A stretch of 64,000 nucleotides of DNA, taken from an uncultured Gammaproteobacteria bacterium. Its GTDB lineage: Bacteria > Patescibacteriota > Patescibacteriia > JACQRZ01. Shown here piece by piece: positions 35,976-45,232 of the stretch. The position numbers and the translations under genes are program-made. Within the stretch, counting starts at the first letter, position 1, and every line of letters begins with the position of its first letter. The stretch is from contig CAZUKY010000001.1 of the NCBI GenBank assembly GCA_964621085.1, positions 167,226 through 231,225 of the forward strand, read 5' to 3'. Below the pieces are notes generated by a model. That model was given only the letters and a program-made list of their open reading frames with translations, was not told where the DNA came from and made no database searches.

Positions 35976-36368
35976 TTATGTCTTTGTCAGCGTGCGGCGA
36001 CCCGACATCATCGTCTTTCGGACATTGCCGCGGTTGGTGCGCGAGTTCGTCTTCGTGCGCTGCCCCCGCGCCGGAAGATTGCGTGCGTGGCGCGATCCCC
36101 GATAGGTGCCGAACTCCTTCAGATGCTTGATGTTGCCCATGATCTCGCGGCGCAGGTCGCCCTCCAGGCGAAAACGCTTTTCAATATACTCGCGGAGCTT
36201 GTTTGCTTCGCTTTCTGTCAGATCCTTTGTGCGCTTCTCGCCGTCCACGGCAGTCTCGGCAAGAATCTTCCGCGATAACGACAAACCGATGCCATACAGA
36301 TACGGCAACGCATACATCACTTTTTTGTTTTGAGGAAGAAGTACTCCTGCAATACGGATGACAGCCAT
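35976..36368 (-). CDS. rpsM: 30S ribosomal protein S13
   Basis: [15 protein letters not shown]...YRGSRH. Confidence 0.9.
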   Translation of the reverse strand: MAVIRIAGVLLPQNKKVMYALPYLYGIGLSLSRKILAETAVDGEKRTKDLTESEANKLREYIEKRFRLEGDLRREIMGNIKHLKEFGTYRGSRHARNLPARGQRTKTNSRTNRGNVRKTMMSGRRTLTKT

Positions 36369-36374
36369 ACGTAA

Positions 36375-36488
36375 TTATCCCTGACGCTGCTTATGTTTCT
36401 TGTTCTCGCATATGACCATGACGCGCTTGTTGCGTCTGATGGTTCGGCATTTGAGGCAAATTTTTTTTACTGATGCTTGAACTTTCAT
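36375..36488 (-). CDS. rpmJ: 50S ribosomal protein L36 (37 aa; absent from the supplied ORF track)
   Basis: Manual translation of the minus strand gives [37 protein letters not shown], with the L36 zinc-ribbon C..C...C..H pattern. Lies between infA and rpsM. Confidence 0.85.
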   Translation of the reverse strand: MKVQASVKKICLKCRTIRRNKRVMVICENKKHKQRQG

Positions 36489-36490
36489 AA

Positions 36491-36721
36491 CTAGTAGCGA
36501 TACACGATCCGTCCTTTTGTCAGGTCATACGGAGTCATCTCAACCTTGACGCGATCTCCCGGCAGCAAGCGAATGCGATGCATCCGCATACGGCCCGAAA
36601 GATGTGCCAAGATTTCATGCCCGTTATCAAGAGTGATCCGAAATGATGCCGACGGCAGCAGTTCATTCACAACGCCGTCAACCTCGATGAAGTCTTTTCC
36701 AACGACCCCGCTTTCACCCAT
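36491..36721 (-). CDS. infA: Translation initiation factor IF-1
   Basis: S1-like OB fold [39 protein letters not shown]. Confidence 0.9.
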   Translation of the reverse strand: MGESGVVGKDFIEVDGVVNELLPSASFRITLDNGHEILAHLSGRMRMHRIRLLPGDRVKVEMTPYDLTKGRIVYRY

Positions 36722-36786
36722 AATCGCTTATAAAATAAATAATACTCCGCTGATATCCGGAGATATTATGCTGAAAGCTTTTTGAT

Positions 36787-36822
36787 TATACCACGTTTTT
36801 TGGATAATGCAAGCAGCTAACC
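36787..36822 (-). promoter_or_regulatory. Putative sigma70 promoter of the infA-rpmJ-rpsM-rpsK-rpsD-rpoA-rplQ-rplM-rpsI operon (TTGCAT, 16 nt spacer, extended -10 TGgTATAAT)
   Basis: The reverse complement of 36787-36822 reads TTGCAT tatccaaaaaacgtgg TATAAT. Lies ~65 nt upstream of the infA start. Confidence 0.5.
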
Positions 36823-36884
36823 CCCTTATTTTAGAGCACTGCGGCATAGAATGCAAGAGTAGCATTACAGCGTCCACTCAGCCC

Positions 36885-38630
36885 CTACGCCACAACGGCC
36901 CGAATCCGGCGGATGCCAGCAGAAGATGCCTCTTCTTTGACAATCGAAAAGGAGCCGATTTGACCGGTATGCGACACGTGCGGACCGCCGCAAAACTCCT
37001 TAGAAAACGCCTCTTCCAGCGACGGGCCAACGACATAAATGCTCACGCGATCGGGATATTTTTCCTGAAAAAAATAGAGGGCTCCGGTGCGTTTCGCCTC
37101 TTCGATCGGCAGCTCGATGCGCTGCACCGGGAGATCCTGCCGCACGATGTCGTTGACGAGTGCCTCGACTTGGCGCAGTTCCTCGTCGGTTACTTTGCGC
37201 GGGAACGAGAAGTCAAAGCGCGTGCGTTCGACCGTAATATCCGATCCGCGCTGCGAGACGTCAGGTCCCAGGACCTGTCGGAGCGCCTGCTGTAACAGAT
37301 GGGTTGCCGTATGCAGGCGTGTCACGATCGAGAGTTCCGCCTCGTCTTTTGCCTTTAACTCGCCGGTGTCCAGCAGCAATCCATGGCCGCCGAACTTCTT
37401 CTCGAGGCCGGCCCGAGAGATTTCCTGGTGTTTTTTGAACGCCTCTTCAAATGCTTCTCGCGTCAGTCCGCGTGCCTTCTCGCCTCCCACCTCTTTTGTG
37501 ACCTCGTAGGGAAGGCCGTAACTCTCGTAGAGCTTAAAGGCGGTCTGGGCATCGACGCTCTCAAGTTTTGCGAGCTCTTTGAGACCGTTCTTTAGCGTTT
37601 TGAGAAACTTTTCTTTCTCGGCGGAAAACTCGCTTGCAATTACCTCTTTTTGCAGCTCCGGATACCACTCGCCATAGTCGTCGACAATGCGATCAAAGAC
37701 CGGGGCAAGTGAAAGTGCGCCTTCGGCCAAGTACTCCTGCGCGATCACCCGCCGCAGAAGACGCCGCAGGATGTACCCTCGTTCTTTGTTGGACGGCCGA
37801 ACGCCGTCTGAGACCAAAAACGCGACGGCACGGCAGTGATCGGCAATGATACGCTTCATGCGCGGTTCGAGGGTTGCTGGTAGAAGCCCGATGATCGGAC
37901 TGAAGAGGTCTGTCTCATACATGGTACCTGTATGCTGAGCAACCATGGCAAGCCGCTCAAAACCCATGCCGGTATCAATCCCGGGTGTCGCCAGCTCGGT
38001 GAGATGCGCGCGACCCGCCTCGAGATCCTCCCGCGAACCGTCGCAGAAAAACTGATTAAACACGATATTCCACACCTCAATATCAGTACCGTTTGCATTT
38101 TTGCAGTAGATCTCCGTCGTTGGTCCGCACGGGCCGCTTGATCCCGTCGGACCCCAAAAGACGTCGCTCATCCCCTGCTCGCGGATATCGGTAACGCCCA
38201 GCTCCTGCCAGATGGCGCGCGACTCCTCGTCTTTCGGCACGTGTCCCGACCCCTCGAAAATGGAAACGTAGGAGATTGTGAGTCCGCACACCTTCGTTAT
38301 GAACTCATGCGCATACGTAATCGCCTCCCGCTTGAAATATCCGCCGAAGGAGAAATTCCCAAGCATCTCAAAAAAAGTGAGATGACTTTCATCACCCACC
38401 TCGTCGATATCCGATGTGCGGAAGCTTTTTTGGATCGAGGCGGTGTTTTTCGACCCAAAGTCGGCCATCGCGTCGGCCTCGCCAGTGTAGTACTTTTTGA
38501 ACTGCTGCATGCCCGCCGTCGTCAGGAGTACCGACGGATCATCAGGAATCAGCGAAGACGACGGCACGATCGCGTGCCCCCGCTCCTTAAAGTACTCGAT
38601 AAATTTTTTACGAAGTTCTGAGGAAGTCAT
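36885..38630 (-). CDS. alaS: Alanine--tRNA ligase, compact 581-aa form (catalytic + editing domains; abbreviated C-terminus)
   Basis: Class II AlaRS N-terminal motifs (FIEYFKERGH, TTAGMQQFK). Editing-domain HTATHLL and CGGPHV zinc motifs. Confidence 0.85.
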   Translation of the reverse strand: MTSSELRKKFIEYFKERGHAIVPSSSLIPDDPSVLLTTAGMQQFKKYYTGEADAMADFGSKNTASIQKSFRTSDIDEVGDESHLTFFEMLGNFSFGGYFKREAITYAHEFITKVCGLTISYVSIFEGSGHVPKDEESRAIWQELGVTDIREQGMSDVFWGPTGSSGPCGPTTEIYCKNANGTDIEVWNIVFNQFFCDGSREDLEAGRAHLTELATPGIDTGMGFERLAMVAQHTGTMYETDLFSPIIGLLPATLEPRMKRIIADHCRAVAFLVSDGVRPSNKERGYILRRLLRRVIAQEYLAEGALSLAPVFDRIVDDYGEWYPELQKEVIASEFSAEKEKFLKTLKNGLKELAKLESVDAQTAFKLYESYGLPYEVTKEVGGEKARGLTREAFEEAFKKHQEISRAGLEKKFGGHGLLLDTGELKAKDEAELSIVTRLHTATHLLQQALRQVLGPDVSQRGSDITVERTRFDFSFPRKVTDEELRQVEALVNDIVRQDLPVQRIELPIEEAKRTGALYFFQEKYPDRVSIYVVGPSLEEAFSKEFCGGPHVSHTGQIGSFSIVKEEASSAGIRRIRAVVA

Positions 38631-38692
38631 ACAAAAATAGATACAATGAGGATGCTACCAAAACCCCCTTAAAATACAAGACGGTAAAGGTA

Positions 38693-40414
38693 TCATTTGA
38701 CCGTCTTGGCTCGCATTGCAAGTCGCTCGTCAAGGGTTTGGACAAAACGGGGAGAGTAGTAAGTGAATTTGTTTATTTTCCGAGAATCAAAAAATGTGCC
38801 GGTCTCCTTTTCCGCAAAGTCCCGATTCTCATCAATAAGCGACTGGATTTCACCCCTGATGAAGGGCTTACTCCGGATATGCTTTCGGTCGGCCGCAATC
38901 GAATCCAGCGAAAGCCATCCCGTCGGCGCAACGTCTCCCTCCCGCCGGGATTCGAGCCTCCTTTTGATCAGCGCCACGAACGAAGGAGAGTAATAGGTTG
39001 ATGTATCTCCGGAATTACTAAAAAAATCATCAACGTTCCCTGATTTCAATTTCGGGTTTTCAGCCAGCAGCTCTGCGGCGATATCTGCAATGACCGGCCG
39101 TGAGGTCTTGAGAATCGGCTCGAGCGCCTTGCCGGTCTGCCACCCTTCCGGGGCATACGCGCCCTGCTTTGCGATTTCCTTCTTCAGCGCTTCTGCGAAT
39201 ATCGGTGAGAAGTGGGGCGTTTTTACCGTTGCACTCCAATACTCTTTCACGTGATCGGCAAGTTCCGGTCGTTCGACAAGTAATCGATCGATGAGGGGCT
39301 TTAACCCTGTCTCGCTTCGTCCCCCAATCTTTTGCTTCCCCAACGCTTTGAGCGTTATCCATCCCTCAGGCGCACGCTCCATGCTATTCATTCGCTCTTG
39401 TGCCATCTGGATAAGGTCCGGCGAATAGTAGGTTGTAAATCCAGATGTTGCATAAAACTCCTTTGCATGATCTTTTTGGAGTTCGGGATTCTCTTCGAGA
39501 AGAGCATCAATAACTTTTTGAATAGTTTTCTTCGTTCTTCCGCCGAGCCTTTCCGCTCCAAGCGTTCTGATTGCCTTCCAGGCATCGGGCGCTTTTTCTT
39601 TCTTGGCGAGAAGCGCTTCGATCTGTGTAATAAAGAACGGTGAGTAGTATGTCGTCTTTCCGATATTCGAAAAATACAGCCCCGTATGTTCATCCTTCCA
39701 CTCTGGATGTGATTTCAAAAGATCGTCGCATGCATTTTTTATTGTTTGCTCCGTCTTCCCCGCAAGTTTCATTCGACCGAGCGTTGCAGGCGTTTTCCAT
39801 CCCTCTGGCGCATTCTCGCCCATTACAGCAAGCCGCTCGCCGATCAGTCGAATAAATTCTGGTGCATAAAATTCGGTCGGACCAGCCTTGCTCTGAAACT
39901 TCTTCACATATGTCTTACGTGATGGGTCCTCGGACAAAAGCACTCGTACGGCATCTCCTGCTACCTTACCGCTTCGACCAAAACGATCGGCAAGAGTGGT
40001 AATGCTCAACCAGTCTTCCGGAGGATCCGGCAGCGGTTCGAAAAGTTCTGCATCAATTTCCGGATTATTAATATCGATCCGAGCAAACGAAGTTCCTACT
40101 GGAGCGGCGCGCTTCAGGAAGCGTGTCACACTCCGCCCATTCATCTCTACCCCATGGACGATAACCCTCTTGAGCGCGACAAGGCCGCCCGTCACTGTTA
40201 TGCATGGCGTCTCAACACCATCGATCTGGACCGTAACAAAGGTATCCGGCGGATATTCATCCTGGATAACGCGCAGGGATGGATACGGTTTGATATCAGC
40301 GACAAAAAAGGATGCGTTCGCAAGCTTAAACGCCTGATTAATAACAGAATGACGAAACTCCGGTCGCTCTACCCGTTCAGGAGCTTTCTCTGTTGGACGC
40401 TCGAGTGCACTCAT
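38693..40414 (-). CDS. Cytoplasmic tandem-repeat protein: ~125-aa N-terminal domain followed by six ~73-aa repeats. Novel, no family recognised.
   Basis: Repeat consensus read directly: A-P-E-G-W-x-T-x-x-x-L-G...L-L-x-E-x-P-E-L...T-T-Y-Y-S-P-x-F-I. No signal peptide or TM segment. Confidence 0.6.
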   Translation of the reverse strand: MSALERPTEKAPERVERPEFRHSVINQAFKLANASFFVADIKPYPSLRVIQDEYPPDTFVTVQIDGVETPCITVTGGLVALKRVIVHGVEMNGRSVTRFLKRAAPVGTSFARIDINNPEIDAELFEPLPDPPEDWLSITTLADRFGRSGKVAGDAVRVLLSEDPSRKTYVKKFQSKAGPTEFYAPEFIRLIGERLAVMGENAPEGWKTPATLGRMKLAGKTEQTIKNACDDLLKSHPEWKDEHTGLYFSNIGKTTYYSPFFITQIEALLAKKEKAPDAWKAIRTLGAERLGGRTKKTIQKVIDALLEENPELQKDHAKEFYATSGFTTYYSPDLIQMAQERMNSMERAPEGWITLKALGKQKIGGRSETGLKPLIDRLLVERPELADHVKEYWSATVKTPHFSPIFAEALKKEIAKQGAYAPEGWQTGKALEPILKTSRPVIADIAAELLAENPKLKSGNVDDFFSNSGDTSTYYSPSFVALIKRRLESRREGDVAPTGWLSLDSIAADRKHIRSKPFIRGEIQSLIDENRDFAEKETGTFFDSRKINKFTYYSPRFVQTLDERLAMRAKTVK

Positions 40415-41484
40415 AGGTTGATGATCCCGCCTCCCAGCATTTCCTGTCCCTTATAGAGCACGATGATTTGCCCGGGGGTGACTGCGCGTTGAGGCTTTGA
40501 AAATGTCGCGATGAGCCCTGGTTTCTTTTTTGAGAGCCTGCTCGATTGCAACGGTTGGCGATAGCGGATCCGCGCCGTGCACGCAAGGGGCAGTCGCGGT
40601 TGCTTTCCTGCAATCCAGTTCATTTCCGTGACTGCAAGCTCGCGTGTGTAGAGTGCCGGATTCTTCTCGCCTGGTGCGACATACACGATGTTCTTTTTCA
40701 TGTCCTTACCCACGACATACATCGCCTGGCCGCCGCCGGGAAACCCGAGTCCGTGCCGCTGCCCGATCGTGTAGTAGCCGGCACCCTGATGCGTTCCGAC
40801 GCGCGCACCATCGAGTGTCATGAGCGGGCCGGGCTTCATCCTTATTTTACCCTTCAAAAATTCTAACATGGCAATCTCACCGACAAAACAGACGCCCTGA
40901 CTGTCTTTTTTATCGGCATTGGGAAGCTTGAATTTCTTTGCGAGCGCGCGCACCTCGGGCTTTGTAAGGTCGCCGACAGGAAACATGCAATGCGCGAGCT
41001 GCTCCTGAGTGAGACCGTACAAGAAGTAGCTTTGGTCCTTATTCTTGTCCTTTCCCTGCAGAAGCGCAAATCGACCTTCTTTCTTCTTTACTCGGACATA
41101 ATGCCCGGTTGCAATCGCATCCGCCCCTTCTTTCCGGGCCTTCTTTAAAAAATAGCCGAACTTGATGAAGGTGTTGCACATCACATCCGGGTTTGGCGTG
41201 CGACCTGCCTTGTACTCGGCGAGCATGTAACGGATCACATGGCGCTTGTACTCTTTGCGAAAATCCCAGACCTCAAAAGGAATGCCCAGATGCGCCGCAA
41301 CGGCGAGCGCATCCTTCTTATCGTCCCGCTGCGTGCAGACGATCGTTTTCTCAATATCCTCGTCAAACTGCAGCATGAACACGCCAGTGACATCATGACC
41401 CTGGCTCTTGAGAAGCGCAGCACTCGCCGCCGAGTCGACCCCGCCGGAAAGCGCGACAGTTATTTTTTTCACCGTCTTCTTCAT
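40411..41484 (-). CDS. mnmA: tRNA-specific 2-thiouridylase MnmA
   Basis: PP-loop SGGVDSA, catalytic cysteines, and overall MnmA collinearity. 4-nt overlap with the upstream gene. Confidence 0.9.
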   Translation of the reverse strand: MKKTVKKITVALSGGVDSAASAALLKSQGHDVTGVFMLQFDEDIEKTIVCTQRDDKKDALAVAAHLGIPFEVWDFRKEYKRHVIRYMLAEYKAGRTPNPDVMCNTFIKFGYFLKKARKEGADAIATGHYVRVKKKEGRFALLQGKDKNKDQSYFLYGLTQEQLAHCMFPVGDLTKPEVRALAKKFKLPNADKKDSQGVCFVGEIAMLEFLKGKIRMKPGPLMTLDGARVGTHQGAGYYTIGQRHGLGFPGGGQAMYVVGKDMKKNIVYVAPGEKNPALYTRELAVTEMNWIAGKQPRLPLACTARIRYRQPLQSSRLSKKKPGLIATFSKPQRAVTPGQIIVLYKGQEMLGGGIINL

Positions 41485-41513
41485 ATCACCACTCTATAAA
41501 AAAACGGATTTGG

Positions 41514-41550
41514 CGTAAAGAAAACGCCCGGACAGTTCGTCGCCCGGGCG
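41514..41550 (-). terminator. Putative intrinsic terminator (minus strand) between the NDT-like gene and mnmA
   Basis: cgcccgg/ccgggcg 7-bp GC stem (41525-41531 / 41544-41550). Followed on the minus strand by a T-run (plus-strand aaagaaaa at 41517-41524). Confidence 0.4.
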
Positions 41551-41571
41551 GTCAGGCTGGACACGTCCAGC

Positions 41572-42030
41572 TCAAAAACCAGGTTTCAAGAAAAACTCGA
41601 GGCTCGGCCCTCCCGTATCCCGCACATCCGAACCGTACAGCTCTTCCATTATCGTTATGAATTCGTCATCAGTTTTCGCGCGACGAACTCCAGGCAGGAA
41701 GTAGAAGATCGAACGATCGCTCTTCTCCCCGACAATAATGACCATTTTTCCGTCAAGGAATGCGGCTGCGAACCCGAAGCCAGTCTCGATATGCGCCCCG
41801 AGAAGGTCGTCGTCATACAGAACGACGAGGAGGTCTGAACTGCCGACGGCACGCAACATCGCAAGTGCTGCCTCTGCCGCTTTCTCGGGGTGGTTCTCGA
41901 AGGGCTTCGCGACGACATTCTTCGTCCAATCGTACGGTACGGTGAAGCCGTACTTCTCAAGCACCTGCTTGATTTGAGCGATGCGCTCCTCAGCCTTGTT
42001 CACCTTACCCGCAATGTACGCTGTTGACAT
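41572..42030 (-). CDS. Nucleoside 2-deoxyribosyltransferase-like protein (ORF opens at 42168; MSTAYIAGK start preferred)
   Basis: N-terminal YIAGK plus a D..LLGAHIETGFGFAAAFLDGKMVII segment matching the NDT-family active-site region (D/E..GT..E.G.A...GKP). Confidence 0.5.
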   Translation of the reverse strand: MSTAYIAGKVNKAEERIAQIKQVLEKYGFTVPYDWTKNVVAKPFENHPEKAAEAALAMLRAVGSSDLLVVLYDDDLLGAHIETGFGFAAAFLDGKMVIIVGEKSDRSIFYFLPGVRRAKTDDEFITIMEELYGSDVRDTGGPSLEFFLKPGF

Positions 42031-42049
42031 CTGGTTCTCCTCTCTTCGG

Positions 42050-42325
42050 CTAGGATAGCGTGCCGCGCAGGAGGTAGCCGGGAGTGCCGTTCTCCAGCTC
42101 GCTGTCGAGGATGAAGTAGGTCGTGCCGTCAACTTCGCACTCCCAAGCGTACTGCTCGCGGTGCTCATAGATCATCAACCGCTTGCGCCCGAGCAAAATC
42201 GCGCTGCCGCTGGGCAGACTCTCGCTGCGATTCCAGGCGAGTTGGCGCGACTCGGCGTTCTCGCGCGGCAACTCGAGCAGCCGAACGGGCTGAGCGAGTA
42301 CCGTGGTATTTTGCGGCGATGACAT
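42050..42325 (-). CDS. Small hypothetical protein (91 aa)
   Basis: ORF between tdk and the NDT-like gene on the same strand. No homology recognised. Confidence 0.35.
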   Translation of the reverse strand: MSSPQNTTVLAQPVRLLELPRENAESRQLAWNRSESLPSGSAILLGRKRLMIYEHREQYAWECEVDGTTYFILDSELENGTPGYLLRGTLS

Positions 42326-42417
42326 TAACTCGCACTCCTTTCATCTGGTCACTCATCCAAAGACGCTCGCAAGTATAAAAAGAAATGCAGCCTCTGTCAA
42401 TGGACTAATCCCTAGAC

Positions 42418-42969
42418 TCAAACGACATGGCACGTGCGGCACCGAGCCTCGTACTCCTCGTCGCCGACGAGCACCTGATCGCCTTCTGCCGGCGCCGGTT
42501 TTCCGCTTACCAGTCGCTGGGACATTGTGGCACGGTCGCCGCACACCATGCAGACAGCATCAAGCTTGAGTACGTCATCGGCGATTGCCATCAGATGCGG
42601 AACAACGCCGAACGGAACGCCGCGGAAGTCCATATCCAGACCCGAGAGGATCACGTGGACGCCGTTTTTGCGAAGCGTGTCGATAACATCCGCGATGCCG
42701 GGCGGGAAAAAATGCGCCTCATCGATGCCGACAACCTCTGCGCCCTGGGCTTGCGGCAAAATTTCATCCGGATGCGCAATGGGCGTTGCCGTAAAACAAA
42801 TGCCGTTTCTGCTGCACAGCTCTGTCGGCTTGTCCCATCGCGTATCGATCGACGGCTTGAAAACCGCAATACGTTTCTTAGCAATCGCACTGCGCCGCAA
42901 GCGGCGCAACAGCTCCTCGCTCTTGCCCGAGAACATGCACCCGACGATTATTTCCACGCTTCCCTGCAT
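42418..42969 (-). CDS. tdk: Thymidine kinase (ORF opens at 43104; MQGSVEIIVG start preferred)
   Basis: P-loop GCMFSGKSEEL, IDEAHFF, and C-terminal Zn-ribbon CMVCG...CRTCH. Confidence 0.85.
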   Translation of the reverse strand: MQGSVEIIVGCMFSGKSEELLRRLRRSAIAKKRIAVFKPSIDTRWDKPTELCSRNGICFTATPIAHPDEILPQAQGAEVVGIDEAHFFPPGIADVIDTLRKNGVHVILSGLDMDFRGVPFGVVPHLMAIADDVLKLDAVCMVCGDRATMSQRLVSGKPAPAEGDQVLVGDEEYEARCRTCHVV

Positions 42970-43118
42970 ACAAAAAATTACATTCGTCAGATCGATTATC
43001 GCGCGTGTATACCTTAACGTCAATCGCGCAGTAGGGTGAGAGTGGGCGCACTTTTGACATTCAAGCGATTTTTTGCTATAATTATATGATATTAGGTCTG
43101 GCACTATACGGAGGTGTA

Positions 43119-43571
43119 ATGTTCGAGGTAGTCGCTAAGCTAAAGGTGGTATACCTGACCGTGGGCACTCCCACCGCGGAGGATACTAAGTTCCTCTGCG
43201 ACGCCCTCGCGTCGCTTCACAATACGAATGCGGACGAAATCGCAGTCGAGACGATCAACCTGACCGGGAAGAGCTTTGAAGCCCGCGGCAAGTGCGCGCG
43301 CAAAGAGGCTGCAAAGGGGCAGTTGATCATCGCTGACATGTCGACCGGCGAGGCGTTCCGCACCTTGCGCCAGTGTCTGATCGCCGACATCCCCTACTAC
43401 ATCCTGCACGGCGACCGGAAGAAGCGCTCCCTTCGCCTCATCAACGGCGAGCAGGATACGACGGTCTGGCCGAAGAAGGAGCGGCAGCGCCTCGTCACAC
43501 GCGAGACCTCATCGGCCACGATGACCATCAGCGAACGGAAACCGGAGCGCATTCCCTACCGCGACGACTAG
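43119..43571 (+). CDS. Hypothetical protein (150 aa)
   Basis: GGAGG RBS 5 nt before the ATG at 43119. Followed by a terminator hairpin. Confidence 0.4.
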   Translation: MFEVVAKLKVVYLTVGTPTAEDTKFLCDALASLHNTNADEIAVETINLTGKSFEARGKCARKEAAKGQLIIADMSTGEAFRTLRQCLIADIPYYILHGDRKKRSLRLINGEQDTTVWPKKERQRLVTRETSSATMTISERKPERIPYRDD

Positions 43572-43583
43572 GCACAGACGCAC

Positions 43584-43616
43584 AAAGGGGCTGTCCCACA
43601 GGACGGCCCCTTTATT
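43584..43616. terminator. Bidirectional intrinsic terminator between convergent genes
   Basis: aaaggggctgtcc / ggacggccccttt 13-bp stem (one G-U) with loop caca. Followed by T-runs on both strands. Confidence 0.55.
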
Positions 43617-43639
43617 CACTTGGAAGACTCAAGCGCGCT

Positions 43640-45208
43640 TCACTCAATCTCCTCTTTTTTCTCTTTGATGAACGAGAACCACTCTTCGGTGATCTCGATG
43701 AATGCCTGGAGCGGCAGCTCGATGAGCACGTCGAAGAGAAAGACGAAGACATTGACGCGGGAGATGTTGAACGAGAGCCAGTGGCCGACTTGCACGATCG
43801 GCATGGAAAAGGTGTCCAGCAAGGTTCCGAGGAGCGTCTGGCGGGGCTTGAGAATGATCAGCTCGCGCACCTGGCGGCGCAAGGTAATCCCGAAAAACGT
43901 GATAAGAGAGAAGAACAGGAAAAAGATAATGCCGCTCATCAGGTTGAAGTTCAACTTGTGCAGCACCCAGGCGACCGCACCGAATGAAATCGCATACACG
44001 GCGAGGTAAAAAATGGTGAAAAAAACGGAGAGGACCCGGTTGCGGCGGGGATCCGAATTTTTCTTCGGGACGAAAATCTCTGCCGGCGTTTCCTTGTAGA
44101 GAATCTCTTTGACGGCCTGAACAATGGCGCGCGTATTGGCATCGCTCGGAAAAGAAACGGTAAACGCGATGGCGGCGAGAAGAAACGGCGGGAACAAGAT
44201 ATTGATCAAGAGCGGCACGCCGTGAATCTCGCCTGCCGTCAAGAGGTCGTAGGGCAGCTCAACGGCCAGACCTAACACCATCTTGGTTAAAAAGATATAG
44301 ACAAACGCACGGATTGTGCGCGAATAGAGCCGCCGATGCTGCACGGAGTAGAGCCCCTCGCAAATACGCGTCGCCTCGCGCTCGAGGACATCCGGATCCA
44401 TGATCGCTTCGGGATTGTTTTTTGCAATCGTCAAAAGCACGATAAAGGGAATCCGGTGCCGGCGGAACTCTCCCTGGAACTTTTTGTTGAGCGGATGGCG
44501 AATGAGAGCGTCGATCTTGCGCGCCACGTTCGCGTACTCCGTCGCGCGCGTGCGCGGATCAGTGCTCGTGTCGATCCACTCGGGGAAACTCTGCTTCAAG
44601 ATGAAGTAGCGAAGCCGATGGATGTCGGGACGCAGGAGGATGCGGTATGCGGCAATGAACATCTGCGACTTGCGCAAACGCTCGTCCGCTTCGTCTTGAG
44701 CTTGGGGAGTCAGCGGCTCGCACTGTTCGTACATGAGGCGAACCAGCGCCTCTTCGTGATCCATGGGCGAGAGGCGCTCATCGATCGCGCAGGCAGCCAT
44801 CGCGATGAGCCAGTCGGAGTCTTTGTCTGAAAGGGTTTTTTCGCGCCGAAGCGACTCGACGATTCGCAAGTAAAAGGCGAGGATCTCGGCGACCTCGGAT
44901 ATCGCACGGTGGCCCAGTGTATTGTTCGGAAAATACCGCGATCGCACCAGTTCGCGTACCAGTCCGTTTGCGATCTTTTCGGGCTCATCCTGCAGGATCA
45001 GCCGCCGCGAGAGGATCCGCCGGATCGCATTTTGCCGCAGAAGATGCTCGTCGGCATAATCGATGACGCTGCGGATCTTTTCGTAATAAAACGCGATCGC
45101 GCCGACCGCTTCATTGATGACGATTTTTTGCTCGTCCTCGATCTCGCGCGGCTTTTTTTTCAAGGCAGCCGCATACCGCGAAAAGCGTTCTGTGAGTGTC
45201 AGAGGCAT
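43640..45208 (-). CDS. Membrane protein: large cytoplasmic N-terminal domain plus 4-5 C-terminal TM helices. Hypothetical; in an operon with the VirD4-like ATPase.
   Basis: Hydrophobic helices in the last ~200 aa (for example FPPFLLAAIAFTVSF and SVFFTIFYLAVYAISFGAVAWVL). Confidence 0.5.
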   Translation of the reverse strand: MPLTLTERFSRYAAALKKKPREIEDEQKIVINEAVGAIAFYYEKIRSVIDYADEHLLRQNAIRRILSRRLILQDEPEKIANGLVRELVRSRYFPNNTLGHRAISEVAEILAFYLRIVESLRREKTLSDKDSDWLIAMAACAIDERLSPMDHEEALVRLMYEQCEPLTPQAQDEADERLRKSQMFIAAYRILLRPDIHRLRYFILKQSFPEWIDTSTDPRTRATEYANVARKIDALIRHPLNKKFQGEFRRHRIPFIVLLTIAKNNPEAIMDPDVLEREATRICEGLYSVQHRRLYSRTIRAFVYIFLTKMVLGLAVELPYDLLTAGEIHGVPLLINILFPPFLLAAIAFTVSFPSDANTRAIVQAVKEILYKETPAEIFVPKKNSDPRRNRVLSVFFTIFYLAVYAISFGAVAWVLHKLNFNLMSGIIFFLFFSLITFFGITLRRQVRELIILKPRQTLLGTLLDTFSMPIVQVGHWLSFNISRVNVFVFLFDVLIELPLQAFIEITEEWFSFIKEKKEEIE

Positions 45209-45232
45209 AGAGTGGTGTATCCTGGCAGAGAA

